From Dyadobacter sp. (lineage in GTDB: Bacteria > Bacteroidota > Bacteroidia > Cytophagales > Spirosomataceae): DNA of 64,000 nt. The stretch lies in assembly GCF_039919315.1 (NCBI RefSeq), contig NZ_JBDSFX010000053.1, forward strand, positions 1,120-65,119, in the 5' to 3' direction. The translations under genes and the position numbers were made by a program. Each line of letters starts with the position of its first letter. The stretch's first letter is position 1. Positions 1 through 12,302 of this stretch are shown here, piece after piece. Below the pieces are notes generated by a model. That model searched no databases. It was not told the DNA's origin and saw only the letters and a list, made by a program, of their open reading frames with translations.

Positions 1-49
1 GGATGGTACCTCCGTCATTGCCCAGTAATTCATTCCAACAGACAGTATT

Positions 50-3000
50 ATGAAATTTGTTGAAACCATATTAAAGCGTCCGTCGATGATTATCGTGCTT
101 TTTGCGATACTCTTCATCGGAGGATTGGCATCTTATACGCAGCTCAGCTACGTGCTGCTGCCCGAGTTTTCGGTACCAACCATTACCATTACAACATTAT
201 ATCCAGGCGCGGCACCCACGGAAGTGGAAGCTGAGGTCAGCAAGAAGATTGAGGATGCGGTGTCCGGCCTGGATAATATTGAAGAGGTTACCTCCAAATC
301 ATACGAAAGTGCCTCGCTGGTGATCGTGCAGTTCAAAGCCGGTACCGACATTGACAAGGCATTGGAAGATGCGCAGCGCGATGTGAACAACATGCTGAGC
401 GACTTGCCGGACGACGCGGAAACTCCTTCTTTATCCAAAATATCACCCAGTGACCAGCCGATTATGCAGCTGCTGGCTACATCCAATCTACCTAATGAAG
501 TGTTTTATCAGCAGGTAGAGGACAAGTATCTGCCTGTTCTTCAACAGATTCCGGGAGTTGCCGAGATCAACATCGTAGGTGGTGACCAGCGTGAGATCCG
601 CGTGAACGTGAATAATGATAAGCTCAATTTTTACGGGTTGTCGTTGTTGCAGGTCACGCAGGCGATCAACCAGGCCAATGTGGATTTCCCGACTGGAAAA
701 GTAAAAAGTTCTTCCGAAAATATGACACTGCGGCTGGCAGGTAAATTCGCTTCGCTGGACGACATTCGCAGCCTGGTTATCACTTCGCCTGTCAACGGAA
801 GCCCGATCAGGGTAGGTGACGTGGCTGAAATTACCGATGGGCTTACCGATGCGGAGAGTATCAGTCGGTTCAATGGTGTCAACGGGATTGGTATGTTTAT
901 CAAAAAGCAATCCGATGCCAATGCGGTTGAGATCAGTAAATCAGTTCAGGCGAAATTGGCGGCCATTGAGAAAGCCAATGCGAAGGATAAAATCAAATTT
1001 GCGATCGCATACGACAGCAGCATTTTTACATTGGAATCGGTGGAAGCCGTTACCCATGACCTGATCATCGCGGTGATTTTGGTAGCCGTGGTGATGTTGC
1101 TATTCCTGCACAGTTTCCGGAATGCATTCATTGTAATGGTTTCAGTACCAGCCTCATTGATCGCCGCATTCCTTTTTATGTATGTGATGAGCTACTCGCT
1201 CAACCTGATGACATTGCTTGCATTATCATTGGTAATCGGTATCCTGGTCGATGACTCCATTGTAATTTTGGAAAACATCCAGAGACACCTGGAAATGGGT
1301 AAAGATCGGTGGCGGGCCACGGTGGACGGTGTTACCGAAATCGGTTTTGCCGCATTGGCTATTACGCTTGTGATTGTGGTTGTATTTGTTCCGATCACGA
1401 TGGTCAACTCGGTAATCGCGGATTTGCTGCGCCAGTTCTCACTGACAGTGGCATTTGCGACCATGGTCAGTTTGCTGGTAAGTTTCACGCTCACGCCCTG
1501 GATGACTTCGAAAATGGCTCGCATTGAGCACCTTGATCCTAAAAATCCTGTACAGGCATTTTTACTATGGTTTGAAAATGGATTGACCAAGCTGACCAAA
1601 TGGTATCACGGCAGTCTGGAATGGGTACTGAGCCACAAACTGGCATTCTCCGGGATCCTGGTAGCGATATTCGCGATGACAGCCTGGGTAATGGGCCTCG
1701 GGATTATTGGCTCGGAATTCGTCGCGGAAGGTGATCAGGGTAAGTTCCTGTTAACCATGAAGCTCGATAAAAGCGCTTCGTTGCAACAGAACAACCTCAA
1801 TGCGCGAAGTATTGAAGACTACCTGAGGACAAAACCGGAAGTGAAAACCATTTTTGCCAACGTAGGTGGTGCCAGTACCGGGCTGAACAGTTCTGGGCAG
1901 GGCGAAACCAATCGTACCGAGCTCACTGTGGAATTGATTCCTGTGGAAGAAAGGAAAAATGCACAACCTACTGAGGATTATATGCTTGCAGTGAGGAAAG
2001 AACTGGAACAAAAATTTGCGGGTGTGGAATTTAACTCCGCAGCAGTGGGTATGGTAAACTCCGGTACTGCGCCGATCGAGATTTTCCTGAGCGGCGATAA
2101 CCTCGACAAGATCCTGGTTTCGGCCAATGACCTTGCCAATCGTCTGAGAAAAACACCGGGAGCCAATGACGTGAATGTATCGGTGGAAGCCGGAAATCCC
2201 GAAGTCAGGGTGGATATAGATCGTGAGAAAATGGCGAAGCTGGGACTGGATATTCAGACCGTCGGCGCCACGATGCAGAACGCATTTGCTGGTAATGATG
2301 ATTCCAAATACCGGGACAGCGGTGAAGATTATGACATCCGTATCATGCTGGATGCATTTGACCGGAAAAATCCTGACGACGTGAAAAGCATTACTTTTTA
2401 CAGTCCGGCAGCGAAACGCGCGGTACGTCTGGCAGAGTTTGCCGATGTTACATTGAGCACCGGCCCGTCGATCGTGGAACGAAAAAACAGACGTTCATCA
2501 GTGACTGTAACCGCCAATACATTAGGAATTGGTTCGGGAACATTGGTGAGCAATATTCAAGCGAGTTTGGTGCAACATCCCCTTCCTTCTGACGTCATTC
2601 TGACATGGGGAGGCGATGCCAAAAACCAGAGCGAGGGCTTCGGCTCACTGGGGCTGGCTATGTTGGCGGGATTGATGCTGGTGTACTTTATCATGGTATT
2701 GCTTTACGACAGTTTCATTTATCCGTTCGTCGTACTGTTCTCCATTCCGGTTGCCGTGGTAGGAGCGTTGCTGGCGCTGGCATTATCATCCTCAAATATT
2801 GGAATTTTTGCCCTGCTGGGTATGCTGATGCTGATCGGGCTTGTAGTTAAAAATGCAATTCTGATCGTTGACTTTGCAAACCAGCAAAAAGAACAGGGCA
2901 TTCCGTTCCGCAAAGCGATATTGATCGCAGGGGAAGAACGGCTGAGACCGATCCTGATGACGACCATCGCGATGGTGATCGGGATGATACCGATCGCTAC

Positions 3001-3190
3001 GGCGACAGGTGCCGGGGCTGAATGGAAGAACTCGTTAGCCTGGGTTTTGATAGGCGGATTGACCAGTTCTATGCTGCTTACGATCTATCTCGTACCGATG
3101 GCATATTATTTGGTTGACAGGTTAGGTGAGAAATGGGCGGCGTTCAGATTGCGCTCACCCAGGGTTCAGGAAAGTGTTGTTGTGGAGTAA
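50..3190 (+). CDS. AcrB/AcrD/AcrF (HAE1-type) RND efflux permease
   Basis: 1046 aa; N-terminal TM then LLPEFSVPTITITTLYPGAAPTEVEAEV, GILVDDSIVILENI, GLVVKNAILIVDF, RLRPILMTT motifs; two large periplasmic loops. MFP/TolC partners probably lie upstream of the window. Confidence 0.95.
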   Translation: MKFVETILKRPSMIIVLFAILFIGGLASYTQLSYVLLPEFSVPTITITTLYPGAAPTEVEAEVSKKIEDAVSGLDNIEEVTSKSYESASLVIVQFKAGTDIDKALEDAQRDVNNMLSDLPDDAETPSLSKISPSDQPIMQLLATSNLPNEVFYQQVEDKYLPVLQQIPGVAEINIVGGDQREIRVNVNNDKLNFYGLSLLQVTQAINQANVDFPTGKVKSSSENMTLRLAGKFASLDDIRSLVITSPVNGSPIRVGDVAEITDGLTDAESISRFNGVNGIGMFIKKQSDANAVEISKSVQAKLAAIEKANAKDKIKFAIAYDSSIFTLESVEAVTHDLIIAVILVAVVMLLFLHSFRNAFIVMVSVPASLIAAFLFMYVMSYSLNLMTLLALSLVIGILVDDSIVILENIQRHLEMGKDRWRATVDGVTEIGFAALAITLVIVVVFVPITMVNSVIADLLRQFSLTVAFATMVSLLVSFTLTPWMTSKMARIEHLDPKNPVQAFLLWFENGLTKLTKWYHGSLEWVLSHKLAFSGILVAIFAMTAWVMGLGIIGSEFVAEGDQGKFLLTMKLDKSASLQQNNLNARSIEDYLRTKPEVKTIFANVGGASTGLNSSGQGETNRTELTVELIPVEERKNAQPTEDYMLAVRKELEQKFAGVEFNSAAVGMVNSGTAPIEIFLSGDNLDKILVSANDLANRLRKTPGANDVNVSVEAGNPEVRVDIDREKMAKLGLDIQTVGATMQNAFAGNDDSKYRDSGEDYDIRIMLDAFDRKNPDDVKSITFYSPAAKRAVRLAEFADVTLSTGPSIVERKNRRSSVTVTANTLGIGSGTLVSNIQASLVQHPLPSDVILTWGGDAKNQSEGFGSLGLAMLAGLMLVYFIMVLLYDSFIYPFVVLFSIPVAVVGALLALALSSSNIGIFALLGMLMLIGLVVKNAILIVDFANQQKEQGIPFRKAILIAGEERLRPILMTTIAMVIGMIPIATATGAGAEWKNSLAWVLIGGLTSSMLLTIYLVPMAYYLVDRLGEKWAAFRLRSPRVQESVVVE

Positions 3191-3603
3191 ATTAAGGAAA
3201 CGTGCAGTGGGTTAACATCAAAAATTCCTGTTTTGCCTGATAAAAACTAACCAGTCATTGAAGTTTAAAGTTGGTCAGGACTTGACAATTACAGGTCTGG
3301 TCTGGGAAATAAGGCAAAACATTTTTTTTCATTTTAACGGTAAAATACAAAATGAAGGGCATTTTTTTGAACTAGTGGGGCGGGTATCGGGTTATCAATA
3401 AAATTAAATCCTTTCGTGCCGGGACATGCCCTTTTTTTCGGCCCCGGCTTGACGCTGTTACGACGGATTTTTGCCAACTCAACAAACAGGAAAATGACAA
3501 TTTTTACATCACTCACGATTTTCTAAAAAACTTAAACCATGGAAAAGAAAGGCTACAATACCAACTGATCCTACTGATCACTCTTAATCAGACACCTGTC
3601 TGA

Positions 3604-5974
<2,371 letters not shown>

Positions 5975-5978
<4 letters not shown>

Positions 5979-6991
5979 AAGAATGTGTATTCATCACAGG
6001 GGCCAGTGGGTTCATAGGTTACCATCTGGTAGCGACCGCGCTCAAAGCAGGTATGGAAGTACATGCAGCGGTGAGGCCGTCCAGTGATCTGGCCTTTTTG
6101 AAACAGCTTCAAAAAGAGGCAGAACCCGGCACCCTGGTGTTTGAGAATATAGATTTCAGTTCAAAAGAATCTTTAAAATCGTTGCTGGAAAAAGGGGGCT
6201 ATACCTACATCATCCATGCAGCAGGCGTAACGAAGGCAAAAAATGCTGCAGCATATAACCTCGTGAATGCCGAATACTCGCTCAATCTGGCGCAGGCAGC
6301 CATGTCGTCTGATATTCCACTAAGGCGGTTTGTGCTCCTGAGCAGTTTGGCGGCCATTGGCCCGCTGGCCTATGCCGAGGAGCAGCCTATCACGGAGAGC
6401 ACTTTCCCCATTCCGGTGACGGATTACGGAAGAAGCAAGTTACTGGCAGAACAATACCTCGAAACCGTGAGTGGCTTGCCACTCAGCATTATCCGCCCGA
6501 CAGCGGTATACGGTCCCGGCGAAAAGGATTTGTTTGTGCTTTTCAAAACACTCAGCAAAGGCCTCGACGCATACATTGGCAACGGCCCGCAGCGACTGAG
6601 TTTTGTATATGTAAAAGACCTTGTAGCCGCTACCATGGCTGCATTGACCGAAAGTCAAAAAGAAGTGACGGTGTACAACATCTCCGATGGAAATGCTTAC
6701 GACCGTTACGCACTGGCTGACCGTTTCAGGGAAATCAGCGGAAGGCATATTTTTCGCACCCACCTGCCGATGGCACTGGTAAAACTGATAGCGGGATTTC
6801 TGGATTTTGTTTATGGATTTTCATCAACAACACCGGTACTGAACAAAGAGAAGCTGAAAGAACTGACAGCCTCCAACTGGATATGCAGCATTGACGCTGC
6901 GAGGAACAACCTGCAATACCGGCCGCAATATGATCTGCGACAAGGGCTTACGGAAACCCTGATCTGGTACAAAGAGAATAAATGGCTTTAA
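5975..6991 (+). CDS. Extended SDR NAD-dependent epimerase/dehydratase, ceramide reductase (CerR)-like
   Basis: ITGASGFIG Rossmann motif, LSSLAA, YGRSK catalytic motif, RPTAVYGP; ATGA overlap with the upstream gene. Confidence 0.7.
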
Positions 6992-7081
6992 ATTAAATGT
7001 GACCTTTTTGATCATGAGCCGGAGTTCCGGTGCAAATGATGAGACCAAACAAAGGGGCAGCAGGAAACACGTTATGAAAAA

Positions 7082-9649
7082 ATGAAAACATTAATGAAGT
7101 CGGTATGGTTAAAGTTCTTGGTGATCCTGTGTGTAGCACAGATCGGATCGGGAGCGGCCATAGCGCAGACCACAACTATCAAAGGAACTATTACAGATGC
7201 GAAGACCGGTGAAACCCTGCCTTTCGTATCTATTCTGATACCCGGAACCACCATGGGAACCGCTTCCGATTCGGAAGGACGTTATGCTATGACTTTACGG
7301 GAAGATCACTCCACCATTAAATTCACCTACGTCGGCTACCTCAGCATTGAAAAACCGATTGAACCAGGGAAAAACCAGGTGCTTAATATCAAAATGTCAG
7401 TTGACGCTTCGATGTTGAAAGAGGTAACCATTAAAGGAAGGGGACGATACAGAAACAAGGATAATCCTGCTGTACAGCTGATCCGTGAAGTGATTGACCA
7501 TAAGGACCAGAACAAAATGGCCAGCAATGAATTCGTGGAATATGAGCAGTACGAGAAGATTTCGTTTGCGCTGAGCAACCTTTCGGATAATTTCAAGGAA
7601 AAACGGATTTTCAGGAATTATCAGTTTTTGTTCCAGGACCAGGATTCCACTGCCATGGGTGGCAAAAATATTTTGCCTGCCTACATTCAGGAAAAACTGT
7701 CACAGGTTTATTTCCGCAAAAGCCCTTATTCGAAAAAACAATGGGTACTGGCCAACAGACGCGCCGAATTTGATGCCAAGTTTATCGATAATGATGGTCT
7801 GAGCGCTTATTTCAACAGGTTGTATGAAGATATTAACCTGTACGAAAACGATGTGTCGATCGCTACCAACTTATTGTTGAGCCCGATCGCTAACACGGCA
7901 CCCACTTTTTACAAATACTTTATCAGGGATACCATCAAAACGAGTACGCCCTGGCTGGTAGAACTTGGATTTGTTCCCCGTAACAAAACAGACATGCTTT
8001 TTGAAGGCAAGCTGTTTATTACATTGGACGGTAACTACGGTGTTCAAAACGCGTATCTGACAGTCAATAAGGACATTAACCTCAATTTCATGCGTGACCT
8101 CGAAGCACGTCTGGAATATGAAAAAGGCCCGGACGGACGCTACCACCCGATTAAGACTACATTGGGAATGGAGTTTGCATTGGGCGAGAAAAATGCTGGT
8201 TTCTATGGTCAGCGCGTAGTGAATTTCAAAAACTACCTGATCAACCAAACCCGCCCGGACAGCGTTTACAATGGTCCGCGTGAGGAAATCGTGTTTAATC
8301 CTGAGGTGAAAACCGGCGAATCGTACTGGAATAGCGTAAGGCATATTCCACTGGAAAGAATGGAGCTGGATATCTACAAAAACGTAGATACACTGCAAAC
8401 GATCCCGTCATTCCGCCGTACGATGGACATTGCGACCTTGTTTTTATCGGGTTACAAATCCTTTGGGAAAGTAGAAGTTGGTCCGGTCAATACATTTTAC
8501 AGCTTCAACCCGATTGAAGGTTTTAGGCTTCGTTTTGGAGGAAGGACTACTACGGATTTCAGCAAACGCGTTTATTTCGAAACTTATGCGGCCTATGGTT
8601 TCAAGGACCGTAAATGGAAGTACTTTTTGAGTGGTACCTATTCATTCAACAACAAATCTGTTTACCATTTTCCATTGAACTATATCCGGGCGAGTTTTCA
8701 GCGCGATACTAAAATTCCTGGCCAGGATTTACAATTTGTTCAGGAAGATAACTTCCTGCTTTCGTTCAAAAGAGGCGATAACAACCGCTGGCTTTACAAT
8801 GACATTTACAAACTGGAATACGTCCGCGAATTCGAAAGTCGCTTGTCTTACAAAATTGGTTTTACCCAATGGAGACAAACTCCCGCAGGCGTGCTCCGCT
8901 ACGAGAACTTTGACAGAGACAGTGCCTTGCAAAATGTAGGCGGGCTGAGCAATACTGAGGCGAATTTTGAGCTGCGTTATGCGCCGCACGAGCAGTACTA
9001 CCAGGGAAAATTGTACCGGACGCCGATCATTAACAAGTACCCGATCTTCACATTGCGTTACAATGCAGGTTTGAAAGGGGTTTTCGAAGGCCAAAACAAG
9101 TATCACAATGTTGCCCTTAATATTTCAAAACGCGTGTACCTGTCACAGTTTGGCTATGCCGACGTGACGACCGAGGGTAGTTATATTTTTGGTAAAAACA
9201 TATTGTTCCCGTTGCTGTCCATTCACCGTGCCAACCAGACCTATGCTTACCAGCTGAACTCATATAACCTGATGAACTTCCTGGAATTCGTGAGTGATCA
9301 TTATGCCAGCCTGGATGTGCAGTACTATATGAATGGTTTTATTTTCAATAAAATACCATTGCTGAAAAAGTTGAAACTGCGCGAGGTTTTCAGTTTCAAA
9401 GGACTAGTGGGAGGCTTGCGTGATGAGAACAATCCGGCATTGAATCCGTCACTGTTCCGCTTTCCGGTGGATGCGGATGGCAAGCCGATCAGCTATACTT
9501 TATCGCGGGAGCCATACATTGAAGGTAGCGTGGGGGTAGCGAACATTTTCAAGCTGCTTCGTGTGGATCTGGTCAAACGTTTCACATACCTGGACAACCC
9601 GAATGTTTCGGAATGGGGAATTCGGGCGAGGTTCAGGCTTGATTTTTAA
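7082..9649 (+). CDS. Outer-membrane beta-barrel protein with N-terminal carboxypeptidase-regulatory-like domain (DUF5686-type)
   Basis: Signal peptide; IKGTITDAKTGETLPFVSI...SDSEGRY N-domain; FNPIEGFRLRFGG motif; C-terminal RARFRLDF with terminal Phe. Confidence 0.7.
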   Translation: MKTLMKSVWLKFLVILCVAQIGSGAAIAQTTTIKGTITDAKTGETLPFVSILIPGTTMGTASDSEGRYAMTLREDHSTIKFTYVGYLSIEKPIEPGKNQVLNIKMSVDASMLKEVTIKGRGRYRNKDNPAVQLIREVIDHKDQNKMASNEFVEYEQYEKISFALSNLSDNFKEKRIFRNYQFLFQDQDSTAMGGKNILPAYIQEKLSQVYFRKSPYSKKQWVLANRRAEFDAKFIDNDGLSAYFNRLYEDINLYENDVSIATNLLLSPIANTAPTFYKYFIRDTIKTSTPWLVELGFVPRNKTDMLFEGKLFITLDGNYGVQNAYLTVNKDINLNFMRDLEARLEYEKGPDGRYHPIKTTLGMEFALGEKNAGFYGQRVVNFKNYLINQTRPDSVYNGPREEIVFNPEVKTGESYWNSVRHIPLERMELDIYKNVDTLQTIPSFRRTMDIATLFLSGYKSFGKVEVGPVNTFYSFNPIEGFRLRFGGRTTTDFSKRVYFETYAAYGFKDRKWKYFLSGTYSFNNKSVYHFPLNYIRASFQRDTKIPGQDLQFVQEDNFLLSFKRGDNNRWLYNDIYKLEYVREFESRLSYKIGFTQWRQTPAGVLRYENFDRDSALQNVGGLSNTEANFELRYAPHEQYYQGKLYRTPIINKYPIFTLRYNAGLKGVFEGQNKYHNVALNISKRVYLSQFGYADVTTEGSYIFGKNILFPLLSIHRANQTYAYQLNSYNLMNFLEFVSDHYASLDVQYYMNGFIFNKIPLLKKLKLREVFSFKGLVGGLRDENNPALNPSLFRFPVDADGKPISYTLSREPYIEGSVGVANIFKLLRVDLVKRFTYLDNPNVSEWGIRARFRLDF

Positions 9650-9675
9650 GAGAGAAGCTAAAACACCAATTATAT

Positions 9676-10407
9676 ATGAATTATGCAATCATAGCGGCAG
9701 GAGAGGGTTCCAGATTGGCCAAGGAGGGTTTCACACTTCCCAAACCAATGGTAAGCCTCTACGGAGAGATGCTGATAGACAGGCTGATCGGGATTTTTAT
9801 GCGTAATAATGCAGAAAGGATCAAGATCATCATCAACGAAGATTCGGCGAGTCTGGAAAGTCATTTGTCTGAACTGAGCCGGACTATGCCGATTGACATT
9901 GTAAAAAAATCTACGCCGAGTTCATTGCATAGTGTTTACGAGCTTTTGAAAACAGACCCTGAACTGGATTCAGTTTGCCTGACCACCACGGATACCGTTT
10001 TCAAAGAGGAGGAATTCAGCGCATTCATTTCAAAGTTTGAACAAAACCAGCAAATGGAAGGGCAAATGGCGGTTACGTCATTCATTGATGACGAAAGCCC
10101 ATTGTTCGTGACAGTGGATGAAGAGAACCTGATTACTGCTTTTACCGACGACAATAGCACACATACGCCATTTGTTTCCGGTGGAATTTACTGTTTGAGG
10201 AAAAAGGCCATTGAAAATGTAAACCGGGCCGTGGAAGACGGACTGAGCAGAATGCGGAATTTTCAGCGGCAATTGCTGGAAAATGGCGTAAAACTCAAAG
10301 CATATCCTTTTTCCAAAATTGTGGATGTGGACCATGTGAGTGATATCCGTACAGCGGAACTGTTTTTAAGGCCAGAAAATGCGGCTTTGGAAATGATAAC
10401 CAACTAA
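9676..10407 (+). CDS. Nucleotidyltransferase (NTP_transferase family)
   Basis: IIAAGEGSRL...PKPMV signature; DVDHVSDI near the C-terminus. Confidence 0.85.
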   Translation: MNYAIIAAGEGSRLAKEGFTLPKPMVSLYGEMLIDRLIGIFMRNNAERIKIIINEDSASLESHLSELSRTMPIDIVKKSTPSSLHSVYELLKTDPELDSVCLTTTDTVFKEEEFSAFISKFEQNQQMEGQMAVTSFIDDESPLFVTVDEENLITAFTDDNSTHTPFVSGGIYCLRKKAIENVNRAVEDGLSRMRNFQRQLLENGVKLKAYPFSKIVDVDHVSDIRTAELFLRPENAALEMITN

Positions 10408-10458
10408 TTGACACTAATTAATTAAAAGACCGGAGCGTTTTGCCGGTCGCCAGCGTAC

Positions 10459-11328
10459 ATGAATGAATTAGAAATACTGGGCGTTCACCGTAATAAAAAG
10501 TTTTCGCCTAACCATATTGGTAATGATGATGCGATTTTTTCTCTGACAGCAAAAGAACTTGAAAAACTAGGGTGCGATGTCACCATTTGCTGCGAAGATG
10601 AATTTTTGGCCATGGAGCACGTGGAGTATAAAAAAGTGTTCACCATGGCCCGTCAGAAAGAGGTGGTTGCCAAGTTGCAAGTATTGGAAAAGAATGGTGT
10701 CCAGGTTTTGAACTCAGCATTCGGCATTGAAAACTGTTTCAGAACCAACCTGACCAATGCATTGAATTTGAACAATATCCCGGTTGCGGAAAGTTACATT
10801 GTTCCTACGAGTTATCAGGATGATGAAGTTTTTGATAAAATAACAGGCAAGGGTTACTGGATCAAGCGCGGAGATTTTCATGCGATCCATAAAGAAGACG
10901 TTTCCTTTGCTGTTTCCAAATCGGAAGCGAAAGAGATATTGAGGGAGTATGCATTGCGTGACATTCCCGACGCGGTGATTTCCAAACACCTGATCGGCGA
11001 CCTGGTGAAGTTTTACGGAGTGCGTGGTACTGACTTTTTCTTTTGGTTTTATCCCTATGATAACAACCATCATAAATATTCAGAATACCAGGACATCAAT
11101 GGTGAATCGGTTTATTACCCGTTTGATGCATTGAAACTGAAAGATGTGGCGACAGATGCAGCTGGTTTTGTAGGGATTGAAATATATGGTGGAGATGCGA
11201 TTGTCGGCAAAGACGGGAAGTTCAGGATCATCGATTTGAATGATTGGCCAAGTTTTGCACCTTGCCGCGACCAGGCAGCCGGCCATATTGCAGGCATGCT
11301 ATATCAGAAATTTACAAGCGCTAATTAA
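10459..11328 (+). CDS. ATP-grasp fold protein, unknown substrate
   Basis: YWIKRGD, VISKHLIGDLVKFYGV, IYGGDAIV...IIDLNDWPSF (C-terminal ATP-grasp metal-binding motif). Confidence 0.65.
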   Translation: MNELEILGVHRNKKFSPNHIGNDDAIFSLTAKELEKLGCDVTICCEDEFLAMEHVEYKKVFTMARQKEVVAKLQVLEKNGVQVLNSAFGIENCFRTNLTNALNLNNIPVAESYIVPTSYQDDEVFDKITGKGYWIKRGDFHAIHKEDVSFAVSKSEAKEILREYALRDIPDAVISKHLIGDLVKFYGVRGTDFFFWFYPYDNNHHKYSEYQDINGESVYYPFDALKLKDVATDAAGFVGIEIYGGDAIVGKDGKFRIIDLNDWPSFAPCRDQAAGHIAGMLYQKFTSAN

Positions 11329-12302
11329 TGGACACAGCCAGCACCGGAAATACAGTCACAAAAGAAGCAGAAAAAGAGGTTTCTGCATTCGAAAGTTCGC
11401 TCAAATCCAACGACACGGAGGAGCAGATCGACATTTGGTTTTATCGCCCGATAGGGTATCAAATTGCCTTGTTTTGCGCTAAAATTGGTTTGCGGCCTAA
11501 TCCTGTGACCATAATCAGCATATTTTTTGGTGTGGCAGCTGGGATTTTGTTTTACTACCAGGAATTGTGGATCAATGTGATCGGAATGCTTTTGCTGGTT
11601 TTTGCCAATTCGCTGGATAGTGCCGACGGACAGCTGGCCAGGATGACGAATGATAAAAGCAGGCTGGGAAGGATTCTGGACGGAGCGGCAGGCGATTTCT
11701 GGTTCATAGCGATCCACATTGCGATCTGTTTGAGAAGCCAGAATGAAGGATGGAGCGCATGGATATGGGTGCCCGGGGTACTGGCAGGTGCATCGCACGT
11801 AGTACAATCGGCGATGGCGGATTACTATCGGAATGTGCATTTGTTTTTCATCAAAGGAACATCTGGCAGCGAGCTGGATAATAGCGCGGAACTTCAAAAG
11901 GAATACGATAGCCTGAGCTGGTCGAAGAATTTTGGAATGAAATTCATCGCCCGTACTTATTTGAACTATACCAAATTACAGGAAAGCTTTTCACCCAACC
12001 TGCAAAAATTGCTGGCGGTGGTGAGAGGAAAGTACAAGAATGGATTACCGCAGACATTGGTGACCGATTTTCGTGCGCAAAACAAGCCGCTGATGAAGTA
12101 TACCAACATTGTACAGTTCAACACCCGGGTGCTTTTTTTGTTCCTATGGCTGTTTTTGGACCAGTCGTGGATCTATTTTTTCTTTGACATGTTTGTCCTC
12201 AACCCGATCCTTGTATATATGATCGTGAACCAGGAAAAAGTGAGCCGTTATTTTTATCAGCAGATTTCAACTGACAAAACGAATGGGTACCAAGGCGTAT
12301 AA
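11328..12302 (+). CDS. CDP-alcohol phosphotransferase family protein
   Basis: RPNPVT; LDSADGQLARMTNDKSRLGRILD matches DxxDGxxARx8GxxxD; TAATG overlap with the ATP-grasp gene. Confidence 0.9.
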   Translation: MDTASTGNTVTKEAEKEVSAFESSLKSNDTEEQIDIWFYRPIGYQIALFCAKIGLRPNPVTIISIFFGVAAGILFYYQELWINVIGMLLLVFANSLDSADGQLARMTNDKSRLGRILDGAAGDFWFIAIHIAICLRSQNEGWSAWIWVPGVLAGASHVVQSAMADYYRNVHLFFIKGTSGSELDNSAELQKEYDSLSWSKNFGMKFIARTYLNYTKLQESFSPNLQKLLAVVRGKYKNGLPQTLVTDFRAQNKPLMKYTNIVQFNTRVLFLFLWLFLDQSWIYFFFDMFVLNPILVYMIVNQEKVSRYFYQQISTDKTNGYQGV

